Part shown: positions 1-9,204 of the stretch, piece by piece
How positions within the stretch are numbered: position 1 is the stretch's first letter
Layout of the letters: every line of letters begins with the position of its first letter
Virus record (IMG/VR): IMGVR_UViG_3300043036_000135
Location: 1 to 30,162 of that record
Reading direction: 5' to 3' (one strand)
Length of the DNA: 30,162 nucleotides
DNA from: a virus
Lineage: Duplodnaviria; Caudoviricetes
Position numbers and translations under genes: made by a program
The notes under the pieces: generated by a model
Database searches by the model: none
What the model saw: the letters and a program-made list of their open reading frames with translations, nothing else
Told to the model about the DNA's origin: nothing

Positions 1-53
1 CCACAAAAACATCGCTAATACAGTTTTCTCGCCCGTGCGCGTGAAGGGGTCAC

Positions 54-524
54 ATGGCTAAACGGACACAGCGCATTGACAGCGCCACGGCTGCGGTAGC
101 GGTAATGCTAAAGGCGACTAGCGAGATATGCCCACCAGCGCATATTACGATGACGCCCGCGGACATGCCGTTTTGGTTGTCGGTGCTGGCAGAGAAAGCA
201 AAGTCCGAATGGACGGGGCATGATTTGGAACTGGCTGCATTGCTGGCCAAGTCGCTTCGCAAGATGGAGCAAGAAGACGTTCTGCTTGATGCGGAAGGCA
301 CAGTGCTTTCAACGGCTGGCGGTAATCCAACTGCTAATCCAAGGGTTCGCGTCATTGCAGACCTTCATTCGCGGATTATCAAATACCGCCAAACGCTAGG
401 CATCCACGCACGGGGCAAGGGGGGTGAGGCAAGGGACGTTGAAAAGCGCCGCTTGCTGGCCAAGGATATTGAAAACAATAACCCGCTTGATGATGACTTG
501 CTGGCGAGGCCTTCAATTCAGTGA
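54..524 (+). CDS. terS: Terminase small subunit (P27-like)
   Basis: 156 aa immediately upstream of, and overlapping (GTGA), terL; has the 'G..ANPRV...LG' pattern typical of P27-family TerS. Confidence 0.85.
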   Translation: MAKRTQRIDSATAAVAVMLKATSEICPPAHITMTPADMPFWLSVLAEKAKSEWTGHDLELAALLAKSLRKMEQEDVLLDAEGTVLSTAGGNPTANPRVRVIADLHSRIIKYRQTLGIHARGKGGEARDVEKRRLLAKDIENNNPLDDDLLARPSIQ

Positions 525-2035
525 CACGCGGCGAAAAGGTTTGCAGATTTATTGAGAAATACATCCGCATTCCAGAGGGGGCTAAGGTTGGCCAGCCTAT
601 CAAGCTGGTAAAGTTCCAGCGTGATTTCATCTTGGCGGTGTTTGACAACCCGGCGGGTACACGGCGCGGGTATTTGAGCATCGGGCGAAAGAACGGCAAG
701 ACGGCTTTGATTGCCTGCCTGTTGTTGGCTTGCCTAGTGGGGCCGGAAGCGAAGTTAAACGCGCAGTTGGTGTCGGGCGCTTTGTCGCGGGATCAAGCTG
801 CGTTGGTGTTTAATCTGGCCGCAAAGATGGTTCAGATGTCACCTGAACTGCAAAAGATTGTCCGCATAATCCCATCGGGTAAGCGGCTAATCGGCTTGAA
901 CATGAATACAGAGTTTCGCGCACTGGCGGCTGAAGGCAAGACTGCCCACGGCCTTAGCCCAGTGTTGGCGATACTAGACGAAATTGGACAGGTAAGAGGC
1001 CCACAGAGCGACTTCGTTGACGCAATAACCACATCGCAGGGCGCCCATGACGCACCGCTTTTGCTGGTTATCTCAACGCAGGCGCCAACGGATGCTGATT
1101 TGTTTTCGATATGGCTGGATGATGCGGAGCGGTCAAACGATCCGTCCATTGTCAGCCATGTTTATGCAGCGCCGGAGGATTGTGAACTGGACGACAAGGC
1201 AGCATGGGAGGCCGCTAATCCGGCGCTTGGGTTGTTTCGTTCATTACGGGATGTTGAAGAACAGGCAGCGCAGGCAATGCGGATGCCTTCTAATGAGGCT
1301 ACATTCCGCGTTCTGACATTGAACCAGCGCGTTAATATGGTGGCCGCGTTTGTTTCGGCTAACGTCTGGAAGGCTGGCAACAGGCCCACAAAGGAATTTA
1401 CAGGCTCGGTTTATGGCGGGTTGGATTTGTCGGCAACCACCGACTTGACCAGCCTTGTTCTAACTTGCCGCATTGATGGCGAATTGCATGTGCAGCCATA
1501 TTTTTGGATGCCACATGATAGCGTTGCCGATGCATCGAAACGGGACCGCGCGCCTTATGCCGTATGGGTCAAGCAAGGGTTAATCAAGACAACGCCGGGG
1601 CGCGTGATTGATTACGCATTCGTGGCGCGGGATATTGGCGAGATAACAGCGGGCATGTCGATCAGCCGCATAGCGTTTGACCGCTGGCGGATGGACCGAA
1701 TGCAGACAGCATTGGAACAGGCTGGCGTTGAATTGCCGCTAGAGCCGTTCGGCCAAGGTTACGTGTCAATGGCTCCAGCCTTGGACGCGTTAGAAGAAGA
1801 TTTATTGAAAGAGAATTTATTGCACGGTGGCAATGGGCCGCTTGCAATGTGCGCCGCTAACGCGGTGGCAGTTTCAGACCCTGCGGGAAATCGGAAACTA
1901 GACAAGTCAAAGGCAACGGGCCGGATTGACGGATTAGTGGCGCTTGCAATGGCGCGGGGGGTTGAGGCCATGAACGTTGAAGCAATACCGTTCTCGCCTT
2001 GGGACGATCCCGCCTTTAGTTTGGCGACTGCATAA
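521..2035 (+). CDS. terL: Terminase large subunit
   Basis: Walker A GRKNGKT, Walker B AILDE, coupling motif VIST, nuclease motifs GGLDLS and RIDGLVA; HK97-like type. Confidence 0.97.
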   Translation: MTRGEKVCRFIEKYIRIPEGAKVGQPIKLVKFQRDFILAVFDNPAGTRRGYLSIGRKNGKTALIACLLLACLVGPEAKLNAQLVSGALSRDQAALVFNLAAKMVQMSPELQKIVRIIPSGKRLIGLNMNTEFRALAAEGKTAHGLSPVLAILDEIGQVRGPQSDFVDAITTSQGAHDAPLLLVISTQAPTDADLFSIWLDDAERSNDPSIVSHVYAAPEDCELDDKAAWEAANPALGLFRSLRDVEEQAAQAMRMPSNEATFRVLTLNQRVNMVAAFVSANVWKAGNRPTKEFTGSVYGGLDLSATTDLTSLVLTCRIDGELHVQPYFWMPHDSVADASKRDRAPYAVWVKQGLIKTTPGRVIDYAFVARDIGEITAGMSISRIAFDRWRMDRMQTALEQAGVELPLEPFGQGYVSMAPALDALEEDLLKENLLHGGNGPLAMCAANAVAVSDPAGNRKLDKSKATGRIDGLVALAMARGVEAMNVEAIPFSPWDDPAFSLATA

Positions 2036-3417
2036 TGTGGCCGTTCAAGACCGCAGAGAAGCGGATGATAACCGAAATCCCCGGCATTGAACGACCATGC
2101 GCGAATATCCTGCAAGTTTACGGGCTTGGCGATACGCTATTGCCGACAGTAACGATTGACATTGCGCTGACTGTGCCTGCGGTATGGGCGGCGGTTACTT
2201 TCCTGCCTCGCACCTTGGCGGCGCTGCCGTTGCACGGTTACAAAGATACAGCCGAAGGCGCGGTAAAGATTAAGGGCGGGCTGCAAACGCTGGTGCACGA
2301 AGCACCAAATCCAGAGTGGACCAGCTTCAAGCTGCGCCAGCATTTTTGGCAGCAAGTGTTTACCGGCGGGCGGGGTTTGTTGTGGATTGAGCGCAATGGG
2401 GCAAATGTTGTCGGTTTATGGCCGGTTGAGCCGTCAAAAGCCAAGATAAAGCGCACCGCAACGGGGCAAACTACCTATGAAATAGGCGGTAAAACCTACC
2501 CTAGCGCGGACATTATCGACGTTCCGTTTATGCTTAAAGCAAATGGGGTCGATCATTACGGGCCGATAACGCAGGGACGCAAGGCAATCCAGCTTGCTTT
2601 GGCTATGAATGACTATGGTTCGCGGTTCTTTGCAGGCGGCGGGGTGCCACCTTTGGCGCTTGAGGGGCCGTTACCGCAAGGGCCGGAAGCCTTTAAACGG
2701 GCGATGGCGGACATAAGCAGCGCGATTGACAACGCGAAATCACAGGACAAGCCGATATTTGCAATGCCGCCGGGGCATAAGTTGACGCCGGTTGGCTTCG
2801 ATCCTGAAAAAGGCCAGATGACAGACGCGCGGCGTTTCCAGATTGAGGAAATCGCGCGCATATACAATTTGCCGCCAGTGTTTTTGCAAGACCTTTCGCA
2901 TGGCACGTTCTCGAACGTCGAACAGCAAGACTTGCATCTGGTCAAGCATCTGATTTCGCAATGGGCGGGATCGCTTGAGCAGGAAATGAACCTGAAGCTA
3001 TTCGGCCAAAAGAATAACGGGCGATATGTCGAACATAATCTGGACGGATTGATGCGCGGCGACTTTGCCACGCGGATGTCGGGGCTTTCGCAGGCAATTC
3101 AGACGGCAATTCTAACGCCGAACGAAGCCCGCGCGCTTGAGAACAGGCCAGCGATGCCTGCGGGCAATGAGTTGCTTATCCAGGGCGCGACTATCCCGCT
3201 CGGTCAAGAGCCTGTTGCGCCGGAACCTATCGTTGATGACGGCGCGGAGCGGGCTGTTGCGGCGCTAGGTGAGCGTATTGATAGCCAATTGCAGGCGCAA
3301 TCCACAGCGATTGCGGACTTGGGCGAAAAGGTAGCGAAGCGCCACGCGGTCAAGCGGGTTCCGATACGCGACAAAGAAACGGGTTTGATAACTTCCATCG
3401 AGGAAATTGAGGCATGA
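2035..3417 (+). CDS. HK97-family portal protein with C-terminal extension
   Basis: PNPEWTSF, EEIARIYNLPP, FSNVEQQ and LTPNEARALEN motifs; follows terL by TAATG overlap. Confidence 0.96.
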   Translation: MWPFKTAEKRMITEIPGIERPCANILQVYGLGDTLLPTVTIDIALTVPAVWAAVTFLPRTLAALPLHGYKDTAEGAVKIKGGLQTLVHEAPNPEWTSFKLRQHFWQQVFTGGRGLLWIERNGANVVGLWPVEPSKAKIKRTATGQTTYEIGGKTYPSADIIDVPFMLKANGVDHYGPITQGRKAIQLALAMNDYGSRFFAGGGVPPLALEGPLPQGPEAFKRAMADISSAIDNAKSQDKPIFAMPPGHKLTPVGFDPEKGQMTDARRFQIEEIARIYNLPPVFLQDLSHGTFSNVEQQDLHLVKHLISQWAGSLEQEMNLKLFGQKNNGRYVEHNLDGLMRGDFATRMSGLSQAIQTAILTPNEARALENRPAMPAGNELLIQGATIPLGQEPVAPEPIVDDGAERAVAALGERIDSQLQAQSTAIADLGEKVAKRHAVKRVPIRDKETGLITSIEEIEA

Positions 3418-3818
3418 GTAAGAGCAACACCACAGAGAATGACGTTCTCAAGGCCGTCCTGACGGGCGTTGACCCTGCATGGCGTTCAAACGCAAACCGC
3501 TATCTTGCCCTGCATACGGCAGACCCCGGCGAGGCTGGAACGCAAACCACCAGCGAAGCCACGTTCACCAGCTATGCGCGCGTGGCGATTGCAACGGGCG
3601 ATTGGACCGATGGAGGCTCTACTTTCAGTAATACGAACTTGGCGCAGTTTCCGCAATGCACGGGCGGCACGAACACGATCACGCACGTTTCAATCGGCAC
3701 GGTTGTTTCGGGCGCAGGCCAGATACTTTACAGCGGCGCGCTGACAAGTTCGCTGTCGGTTTCCAACGGAATTCAGCCGCAGTTTGCCGCTGGTGCCCTG
3801 ACAGTTGTCGAAGATTGA
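3414..3818 (+). CDS. Small beta-rich virion structural protein (LHTADPG motif, fibre/minor-tail type)
   Basis: YLALHTADPG..E...SYARVA..W...N...FP...G....THV.I....G.L pattern of a widespread phage fibre-associated family; ATGA-coupled to portal. Confidence 0.65.
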   Translation: MSKSNTTENDVLKAVLTGVDPAWRSNANRYLALHTADPGEAGTQTTSEATFTSYARVAIATGDWTDGGSTFSNTNLAQFPQCTGGTNTITHVSIGTVVSGAGQILYSGALTSSLSVSNGIQPQFAAGALTVVED

Positions 3819-3864
3819 CCAAAGCAAATTTGGTGAACTGAGACCGAATAAGGAAGTGCAAAAT

Positions 3865-3999
3865 ATGCTATCCTGCAAAACTTGCGGCGCGCCCGTTAAA
3901 CAGGTTGAAGCCATTTTACAACGCACTTGCGAGCATAAAGACGCGCCGATTATTGCAAACATGGTGGCGAATGCCAAGGGCGCGGCGGTGCTGAAATGA
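3865..3999 (+). CDS. Small Cys/His protein (44 aa, CxxC...CxH)
   Basis: AAGGA RBS at ~3850; MLSCKTCGAPV...TCEH; ATGA overlap with the next gene. Confidence 0.65.
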   Translation: MLSCKTCGAPVKQVEAILQRTCEHKDAPIIANMVANAKGAAVLK

Positions 4000-4889
4000 G
4001 TTTTGCAAACGTGGCCGCATTTGCATCGGCTGCAAACGAAAAGAACTGGATCAGCACGTATCGCAAGGCATTGTCTGCGACTGCAACGGTAACGGGGCAG
4101 TGGTATGACTACAGCTACGCTGGCGGCAACCCTATTCCTAATTATTATGCGTCAAGCCCGTTAGAAGCGGCAGTGCTAGAACCTGAAAAGGGCATTATCT
4201 GCCCGCGTGTGAGCGATAAGCTATTTTTGCACCGCTGGACCGCCATGACGGCGGCGGCAAGTGCAACCAGCACGGCGAACGCCAATCAGGCGCTTGTCAT
4301 GATGGATTATGTTTTGTTCTACCCGTTCGTTGATATGGACGCGGCGGGTGAAGATCAGACGATGACGCAAACGGCCACGCTGCCACATTATGAAAGCGGT
4401 GAGGGTCTGGAAATTATGGTTGTGGCGCAATCGCCTACAGTCGGCGGTGGACGTTTCACCATCACATTTACGGACAGCACGAATACGCAATATGTGACGG
4501 AAAGTATGTTTTGTGCAGCAGCGCAACCAGCGGGGGCATTGGTTCAAGCGTCGGGCGCGGCAGCGGGCGTTCAGCCTTTTGTGCAGATGCCTGCGGGCGC
4601 GAAGGGCGTAAAGACGATCGACAGCGTGAATTTCAGCGTTGCGAATGGCGGATTGTGCGCTATTGTTTTGGTTAAGCCTTTGCAGAATATGTATTTGCGC
4701 GAGGAATGCCGGACAGCAACGGGAACTATTGAGCCTTTCGGCGCGGCGGCTGAACATGAGGCCATGCGGACGCGGGCTGGAATGGTTGAGATTAAAGACG
4801 GTGCTTTCATCGGCATCATTGGACAAGGCTCGAACGGGTCTTTGGCATCATCTGTGCTTGTTGGCACTTTAGAAACGGTCTGGAACTAG
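3996..4889 (+). CDS. Hypothetical virion protein, paralog A
   Basis: 297 aa, Ala/Thr/Gly-rich; aligns by eye along its length with the next ORF. Confidence 0.75.
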   Translation: MSFANVAAFASAANEKNWISTYRKALSATATVTGQWYDYSYAGGNPIPNYYASSPLEAAVLEPEKGIICPRVSDKLFLHRWTAMTAAASATSTANANQALVMMDYVLFYPFVDMDAAGEDQTMTQTATLPHYESGEGLEIMVVAQSPTVGGGRFTITFTDSTNTQYVTESMFCAAAQPAGALVQASGAAAGVQPFVQMPAGAKGVKTIDSVNFSVANGGLCAIVLVKPLQNMYLREECRTATGTIEPFGAAAEHEAMRTRAGMVEIKDGAFIGIIGQGSNGSLASSVLVGTLETVWN

Positions 4890-4890
4890 T

Positions 4891-5799
4891 ATGGGCTTTG
4901 CATCGCAAGATGACTTGATTGCATCGATCACGGTTGATGGGCAGTCGGGGCGTATTGATTACAACAAGACAACGGCTGTTGCGGGCGTTGCCGGTACATG
5001 GACGGACCTTGGCACGGCGACTGGCTCTGTCCCGGCTTCGACTTATGCAGGCACGTCGCTAACGTTTGTTGCAACGGATGATACATGGTCGGAAGGTGCG
5101 GTCCCGCATGGCGGCGACGTATCGACTGCAACAAAGCACTTCCTGAACGCCAGTGCATCGGTATTTGCAGCGGCGGGTGCGCCTTGGGTTTTGATGTGCG
5201 TTGACCAAGTGGGTTACGTGCCGATTACCACAACGGACGTTACCGGCACAGGCTCGCGCACGGTTACAATGACGCCCATCGGATCGTCGGGTGCAAAGGT
5301 TGACCGCTACCCGAACGGCGCTGGCTTGCGGGCGTATTTTTCAACTGAAGTTGCACCGACTGCTGGCGGTCCTAACTTGACGGTGTTTACCTATACCAAT
5401 CAAGCAGGCACGGCGGGCAAGACTGCCCCTGCGACGGTTGGCTTTGCTGCAACGCCTGTTACCGGCATGATACCACATAGCGGCAACGCTGCGACACGCT
5501 ATGCACCGTTCCTGCCCTTGGCGGTAAATGATACCGGCATAAGCGATTTACAGAACTTCACGCTTACCGGCGGCACAGCATACACCGGCACCGGGCAGCT
5601 TGTGTTGCATCTGGTCAAGCCGCTTTGGCAGATACCGATCCCCGCTAACGGTATTTTGACCGAACGCGATTTTGTCAATATGCTGCCAAGCCTGCCACAG
5701 ATAAAGGACGGGTCTTGCCTTAAGTTCCTGTTGTTCCAGACCGGCGCAACCACCACGACCAGCCCTGTAAATGTATTTGCGGACTATGGCTGGAACTAA
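4891..5799 (+). CDS. Hypothetical virion protein, paralog B
   Basis: 302 aa, Thr/Gly-rich; shares LVKPL, IKDG and terminal WN with the preceding ORF. Confidence 0.75.
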   Translation: MGFASQDDLIASITVDGQSGRIDYNKTTAVAGVAGTWTDLGTATGSVPASTYAGTSLTFVATDDTWSEGAVPHGGDVSTATKHFLNASASVFAAAGAPWVLMCVDQVGYVPITTTDVTGTGSRTVTMTPIGSSGAKVDRYPNGAGLRAYFSTEVAPTAGGPNLTVFTYTNQAGTAGKTAPATVGFAATPVTGMIPHSGNAATRYAPFLPLAVNDTGISDLQNFTLTGGTAYTGTGQLVLHLVKPLWQIPIPANGILTERDFVNMLPSLPQIKDGSCLKFLLFQTGATTTTSPVNVFADYGWN

Positions 5800-6575
5800 T
5801 GCTTATCTGCGCCAACGGTATGCGGCTAGCATCCGGTCCGAACAGGATGTTTTCAGGGATTACATCGACGGCGGGCGGCTATCGGTCAGAACAAATAAAA
5901 GGGAGCCTATTTAACCGCTATCAGGCGCTAGACCCCAAGACGTCAACGCCGGATGGGGCAAGGCATCCGGTTGCGTGGATTCCTGCACAAAAGGCGGGCG
6001 GCATGGCTTCGCGGTCTAATATTTTGGGCGCTGCGGATTTGGCCGCATCTGGCGCAATGGGAATTAACAACGAGGCGGCGCTTTCAGGGATTGGTGAGAT
6101 AACCAACGCGCCTTTGCAGTTGATCGTGTCGGCTATTGCGGCGCTATCGGGCAGCGGCGAGATTGCAACGGCGGGGCTTGCTGGCAAGTTGGAAGCAGTG
6201 GCGGCTCTGGCTGGCACTGGCGACCTTACAGCGGCCATCGGCGCATTGGCGGGCATATTTGCCGACCTAGACGGTGAGGGCGCGCTAACAGGCACAATTC
6301 GCGCCTTGGGATATATGGAAGCGGAAGTAACACCGTTTACCGAACTAAGCCCGCAAAGTTTGGCGGCGGCAGTATGGGCAAGCATTATCGAAAGCGGCCT
6401 GACTGCCGAAGATGCCATGAAGCTAATCGCGGCGGCAACGGCGGGGCAAGTATCGGGCGCGGCAACGTCAACGGTAACAATCCGAAACGCGGTTGCAGAT
6501 AGTAAGGACAGGATCGTTGCAACGGTCGATGGCGACGGCAACAGAACGGCGATTACATACGATTTGGATGACTAA
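5799..6575 (+). CDS. Hypothetical virion protein with Ala/Gly repeats
   Basis: 258 aa; repeated A-x-L-x-G-x-G units; C-terminal 'AAAVW...RIVATVDGDGNRT' domain; TAATG overlaps at both ends. Confidence 0.7.
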   Translation: MLICANGMRLASGPNRMFSGITSTAGGYRSEQIKGSLFNRYQALDPKTSTPDGARHPVAWIPAQKAGGMASRSNILGAADLAASGAMGINNEAALSGIGEITNAPLQLIVSAIAALSGSGEIATAGLAGKLEAVAALAGTGDLTAAIGALAGIFADLDGEGALTGTIRALGYMEAEVTPFTELSPQSLAAAVWASIIESGLTAEDAMKLIAAATAGQVSGAATSTVTIRNAVADSKDRIVATVDGDGNRTAITYDLDD

Positions 6576-7018
6576 TGCCACAGAATCCGCCTAGCTTCTT
6601 TGCGCCGCGCTATTTTGCACCGGCGTATTTTGGCGGCGAATTACCGGCAGGGAGTATGTCGGCAACGCTGCTAGGAACTAGCGGCATAACGGCGGTCTTG
6701 GTCGGTATTGAATCGGCTTATTCGGGAAGCAATTTTTACTTTAAGGCGCGGCCTCTAAAGATAAAGCTGGTCAAGCCGCAACCGGCTTACATGACGGCCA
6801 ATATTTACGGACGCGGCGGGTTGTCGGGTTCGATACGCGCAACTGCAAATATCGGGGCAAGTATAACTGGTGTATCCGGTTTTAAGGCGGGCGTGTCTGC
6901 AATAGCATCGATGGAAAGCGCATTTAGCGGGTCATCTGTTTTGACGGCGCGCGGCTTTGTTAAGAACTTTTGGACTTTGGCACACGCGGAAGAAGAATTC
7001 TGGCTGATAGCGGCTTGA
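6575..7018 (+). CDS. Hypothetical virion protein
   Basis: 147 aa; N-terminal FFAPRYFAPAYF, similar repeat units, acidic-hydrophobic tail EEEFWLIAA. Confidence 0.7.
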   Translation: MPQNPPSFFAPRYFAPAYFGGELPAGSMSATLLGTSGITAVLVGIESAYSGSNFYFKARPLKIKLVKPQPAYMTANIYGRGGLSGSIRATANIGASITGVSGFKAGVSAIASMESAFSGSSVLTARGFVKNFWTLAHAEEEFWLIAA

Positions 7019-7029
7019 GGGGTTAAAAA

Positions 7030-7629
7030 ATGGAAATTGAAAAACGCTCGGTTATGGCAGTGCCTGAATTGCGCGCTAATGGTGAAAAGCGCACTATCGC
7101 AGGCTATGCGGCGGTGTTTAATTCCGAGGCTAATATTGGCGGCTATTTCCGCGAAGTTATCAAGCCCGGTGCTTTTGCGGACACCTTGAAAAGCGCAGAC
7201 GTTCGCGCGCTTGTCGATCACGATAGCGGGCGGGTCATTGGCCGTTCAAAGGCTGGCACTTTGCGGCTTGTCGAAGATGAACGCGGGCTATCGGTTGAAA
7301 TTGATTTGCCCGATACCAGCGACGGGCGCGATATTGGCGAACTGGTTAGCCGTGGCGACATTGACGGAATGTCATTTGGCTTTCGCGTGACGCATGATGA
7401 ATGGGACGAAAGCGTGGAGCCTGCCGTCCGCACTATTCACGGAATCGAATTGCATGAAGTCAGCGCCGTAACATGGCCTGCTTATGCCGACACTAGCCTT
7501 GCAATGCGTTCAAAGGACGCAGCCAAGACCGAGGCCGAGAAGGCCAAGGCAGAATTTAACCGGACGCTAGCCGAGGCGCGCATCGCCCTTCGCAAAGCCA
7601 CTGCCGAACAGAAGTTCCGCAAGATTTAA
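7030..7629 (+). CDS. HK97-family prohead protease
   Basis: IAGYAAVFN, ALVDHD (His), GMSFGF (Ser), LHEVSAVTWPAY; GAGG RBS. Confidence 0.97.
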   Translation: MEIEKRSVMAVPELRANGEKRTIAGYAAVFNSEANIGGYFREVIKPGAFADTLKSADVRALVDHDSGRVIGRSKAGTLRLVEDERGLSVEIDLPDTSDGRDIGELVSRGDIDGMSFGFRVTHDEWDESVEPAVRTIHGIELHEVSAVTWPAYADTSLAMRSKDAAKTEAEKAKAEFNRTLAEARIALRKATAEQKFRKI

Positions 7630-7684
7630 AAGCTTTCCGGCGTTCGCGCCGAGCCTATCGCAAGCCCTTGGGAAAGGCATCATC

Positions 7685-7708
7685 GCTCGCCATTCGGCGG
7701 GCTTTTTT
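7685..7708 (+). terminator. Intrinsic terminator-like hairpin upstream of the capsid gene
   Basis: GCTCGCC-ATTC-GGCGGGC followed by TTTTTT. Confidence 0.6.
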
Positions 7709-7725
7709 GCTTTGGAGCAACCAAA

Positions 7726-8973
7726 ATGCCTACTGAACTACACGATAAGCGGGGCCGTCTCGTTACGCAGGCCCGCGAAGCACTTGATGAAATCAAAAGC
7801 AACACCGACGAAGCCCGTTCGGCTGAATTGGAAGCGCGCCATGATGCTATCATGGTTGAATTTGACCAGACCGAAAAGCTGATCGAGCGCGAAGCCAAGC
7901 TGGCCGCAATCGAAGCCCGTGCTGCAAAGGCCCGCGAAGAAGCGCGTCCCGACCAGAGCGGCGAAGGTCGCGGTCAAGATGAAGTGCAGAAGCCTGAATA
8001 TCGGGATGCCTTTATCGAACTAGCCCGCAACGGTTTCAACCCGCAGGAAATCAGCGCAGAAGCCCGCGCCGTATTGAAGGCAGGCATTACCGAATTTCGC
8101 GCGCAGACTGTCGGCACCAATGGCGCTGGCGGTTTCACCGTCCCGACCGACCTTGCAAACACCATCGACAAGACGATGAAAATGTGGGGTCCAATGTATA
8201 ATGAAGACATCACCAATGTCATCACGACTTCAAGCGGCAATCCGCTGGACTTCCCACGCACGGATGACACCGGCGTTGCGGTAGCACAGCACACTGAAGC
8301 AGGCGCTATGACGGATGACGGCGGCGTTGATGCCACCTTCACCAAAATGACGCTTGGCGCGTTTGCGTATGACACCGAATGGGTGCAGATTTCGATGGAA
8401 CTGTTGCAGGACAGCGCCGTCAATATCGAAACTTTCATCGGTGAATTGCTTGGTGAGCGTCTTGCCCGTCGCGTCAATACCGAATTGACGGTTGGTGATG
8501 GCACTGGCGATCCGCTTGGCATTGTCGCGGCTTCGACACTCGGCAAGACTGCCGCTGGTGCCGCTGCAATCACGGGCGATGAACTTATTGACCTGTTGCA
8601 CTCGGTTGACCCGGCTTACCGCCAGTCGCCCAAGGCGCGGTTCATGTTCAATGACAGCACCCTTGCTGTTATCCGCAAGCTGAAAGACGGCCAAGGCAAC
8701 TACCTGTGGCAGATGGGCGACATTCGCGTCGGTGAACCCGGCTCGTTGCTTGGTCAGAACTACAGCGTCAATCAGGCGATGGCAAACGTGGCAACCGGCC
8801 AAAAGTCGGTTGTTTACGGTGACTTCGGCAAATATTATGTTCGCAAGGTTGGTGCGCCGGTTATCGGTGTTCGCCGCGAATATTATTGGCCAAACATCGG
8901 TTTGGCTGGGATCGTTCGCCTCGATGGCGACCTTATCCAGACCGGGGCCGTGCGCCACCTCATCCAAGCATAA
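7726..8973 (+). CDS. Major capsid protein, HK97 fold with delta domain
   Basis: Coiled-coil N-terminal ~125 aa, GGFTVP, ISMELLQDS, GDGTGDPLG, KLKDGQGNYLW, YGDF; GGAG RBS. Confidence 0.97.
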   Translation: MPTELHDKRGRLVTQAREALDEIKSNTDEARSAELEARHDAIMVEFDQTEKLIEREAKLAAIEARAAKAREEARPDQSGEGRGQDEVQKPEYRDAFIELARNGFNPQEISAEARAVLKAGITEFRAQTVGTNGAGGFTVPTDLANTIDKTMKMWGPMYNEDITNVITTSSGNPLDFPRTDDTGVAVAQHTEAGAMTDDGGVDATFTKMTLGAFAYDTEWVQISMELLQDSAVNIETFIGELLGERLARRVNTELTVGDGTGDPLGIVAASTLGKTAAGAAAITGDELIDLLHSVDPAYRQSPKARFMFNDSTLAVIRKLKDGQGNYLWQMGDIRVGEPGSLLGQNYSVNQAMANVATGQKSVVYGDFGKYYVRKVGAPVIGVRREYYWPNIGLAGIVRLDGDLIQTGAVRHLIQA

Positions 8974-8978
8974 TGAAA

Positions 8979-9012
8979 AGGGCGGGGGCTTAACGGTCCC
9001 CGCCTTCCTTTT
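8979..9012 (+). terminator. Intrinsic terminator after the capsid gene
   Basis: GGCGGGGGCT-TAAC-GGTCCCCGCC stem then TTCCTTTT. Confidence 0.7.
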
Positions 9013-9024
9013 GGAGATACGCCT

Positions 9025-9204
9025 GTGAAAATCAAGATGACCGCCAGCTTTGTTGGCCCTGAATATTCCGTTGAAGCAGGCGAAGAAACCGACCGCTTTA
9101 GCGAAGCCGAGGCGATCCGTTTTATTGAAGCGGGCTTTGCAATTCCGGTTGCTGTACCAAAAATCGAACGCGCCGTTGACAAGTCGGTGAAAGAAAAGCG
9201 GTGA
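9025..9204 (+). CDS. Small post-capsid protein (59 aa; not in ORF track)
   Basis: GGAG RBS at 9013, GTG start, MKIKMTASFVGPEYSVEAGEETDRFSEAEAIRFIEAGFA...; GTGA overlap with the connector gene. Confidence 0.8.
   Translation: MKIKMTASFVGPEYSVEAGEETDRFSEAEAIRFIEAGFAIPVAVPKIERAVDKSVKEKR

Noticed and set aside
1-53. cos site upstream of terS
   Set aside because: Position and terminase type fit, but the window starts here and no cohesive-end sequence can be identified
7974-8967. Long - strand ORFs over the capsid gene (and similar ones over tail and cassette genes)
   Set aside because: Antisense shadows expected from biased codon usage; no independent coding signals
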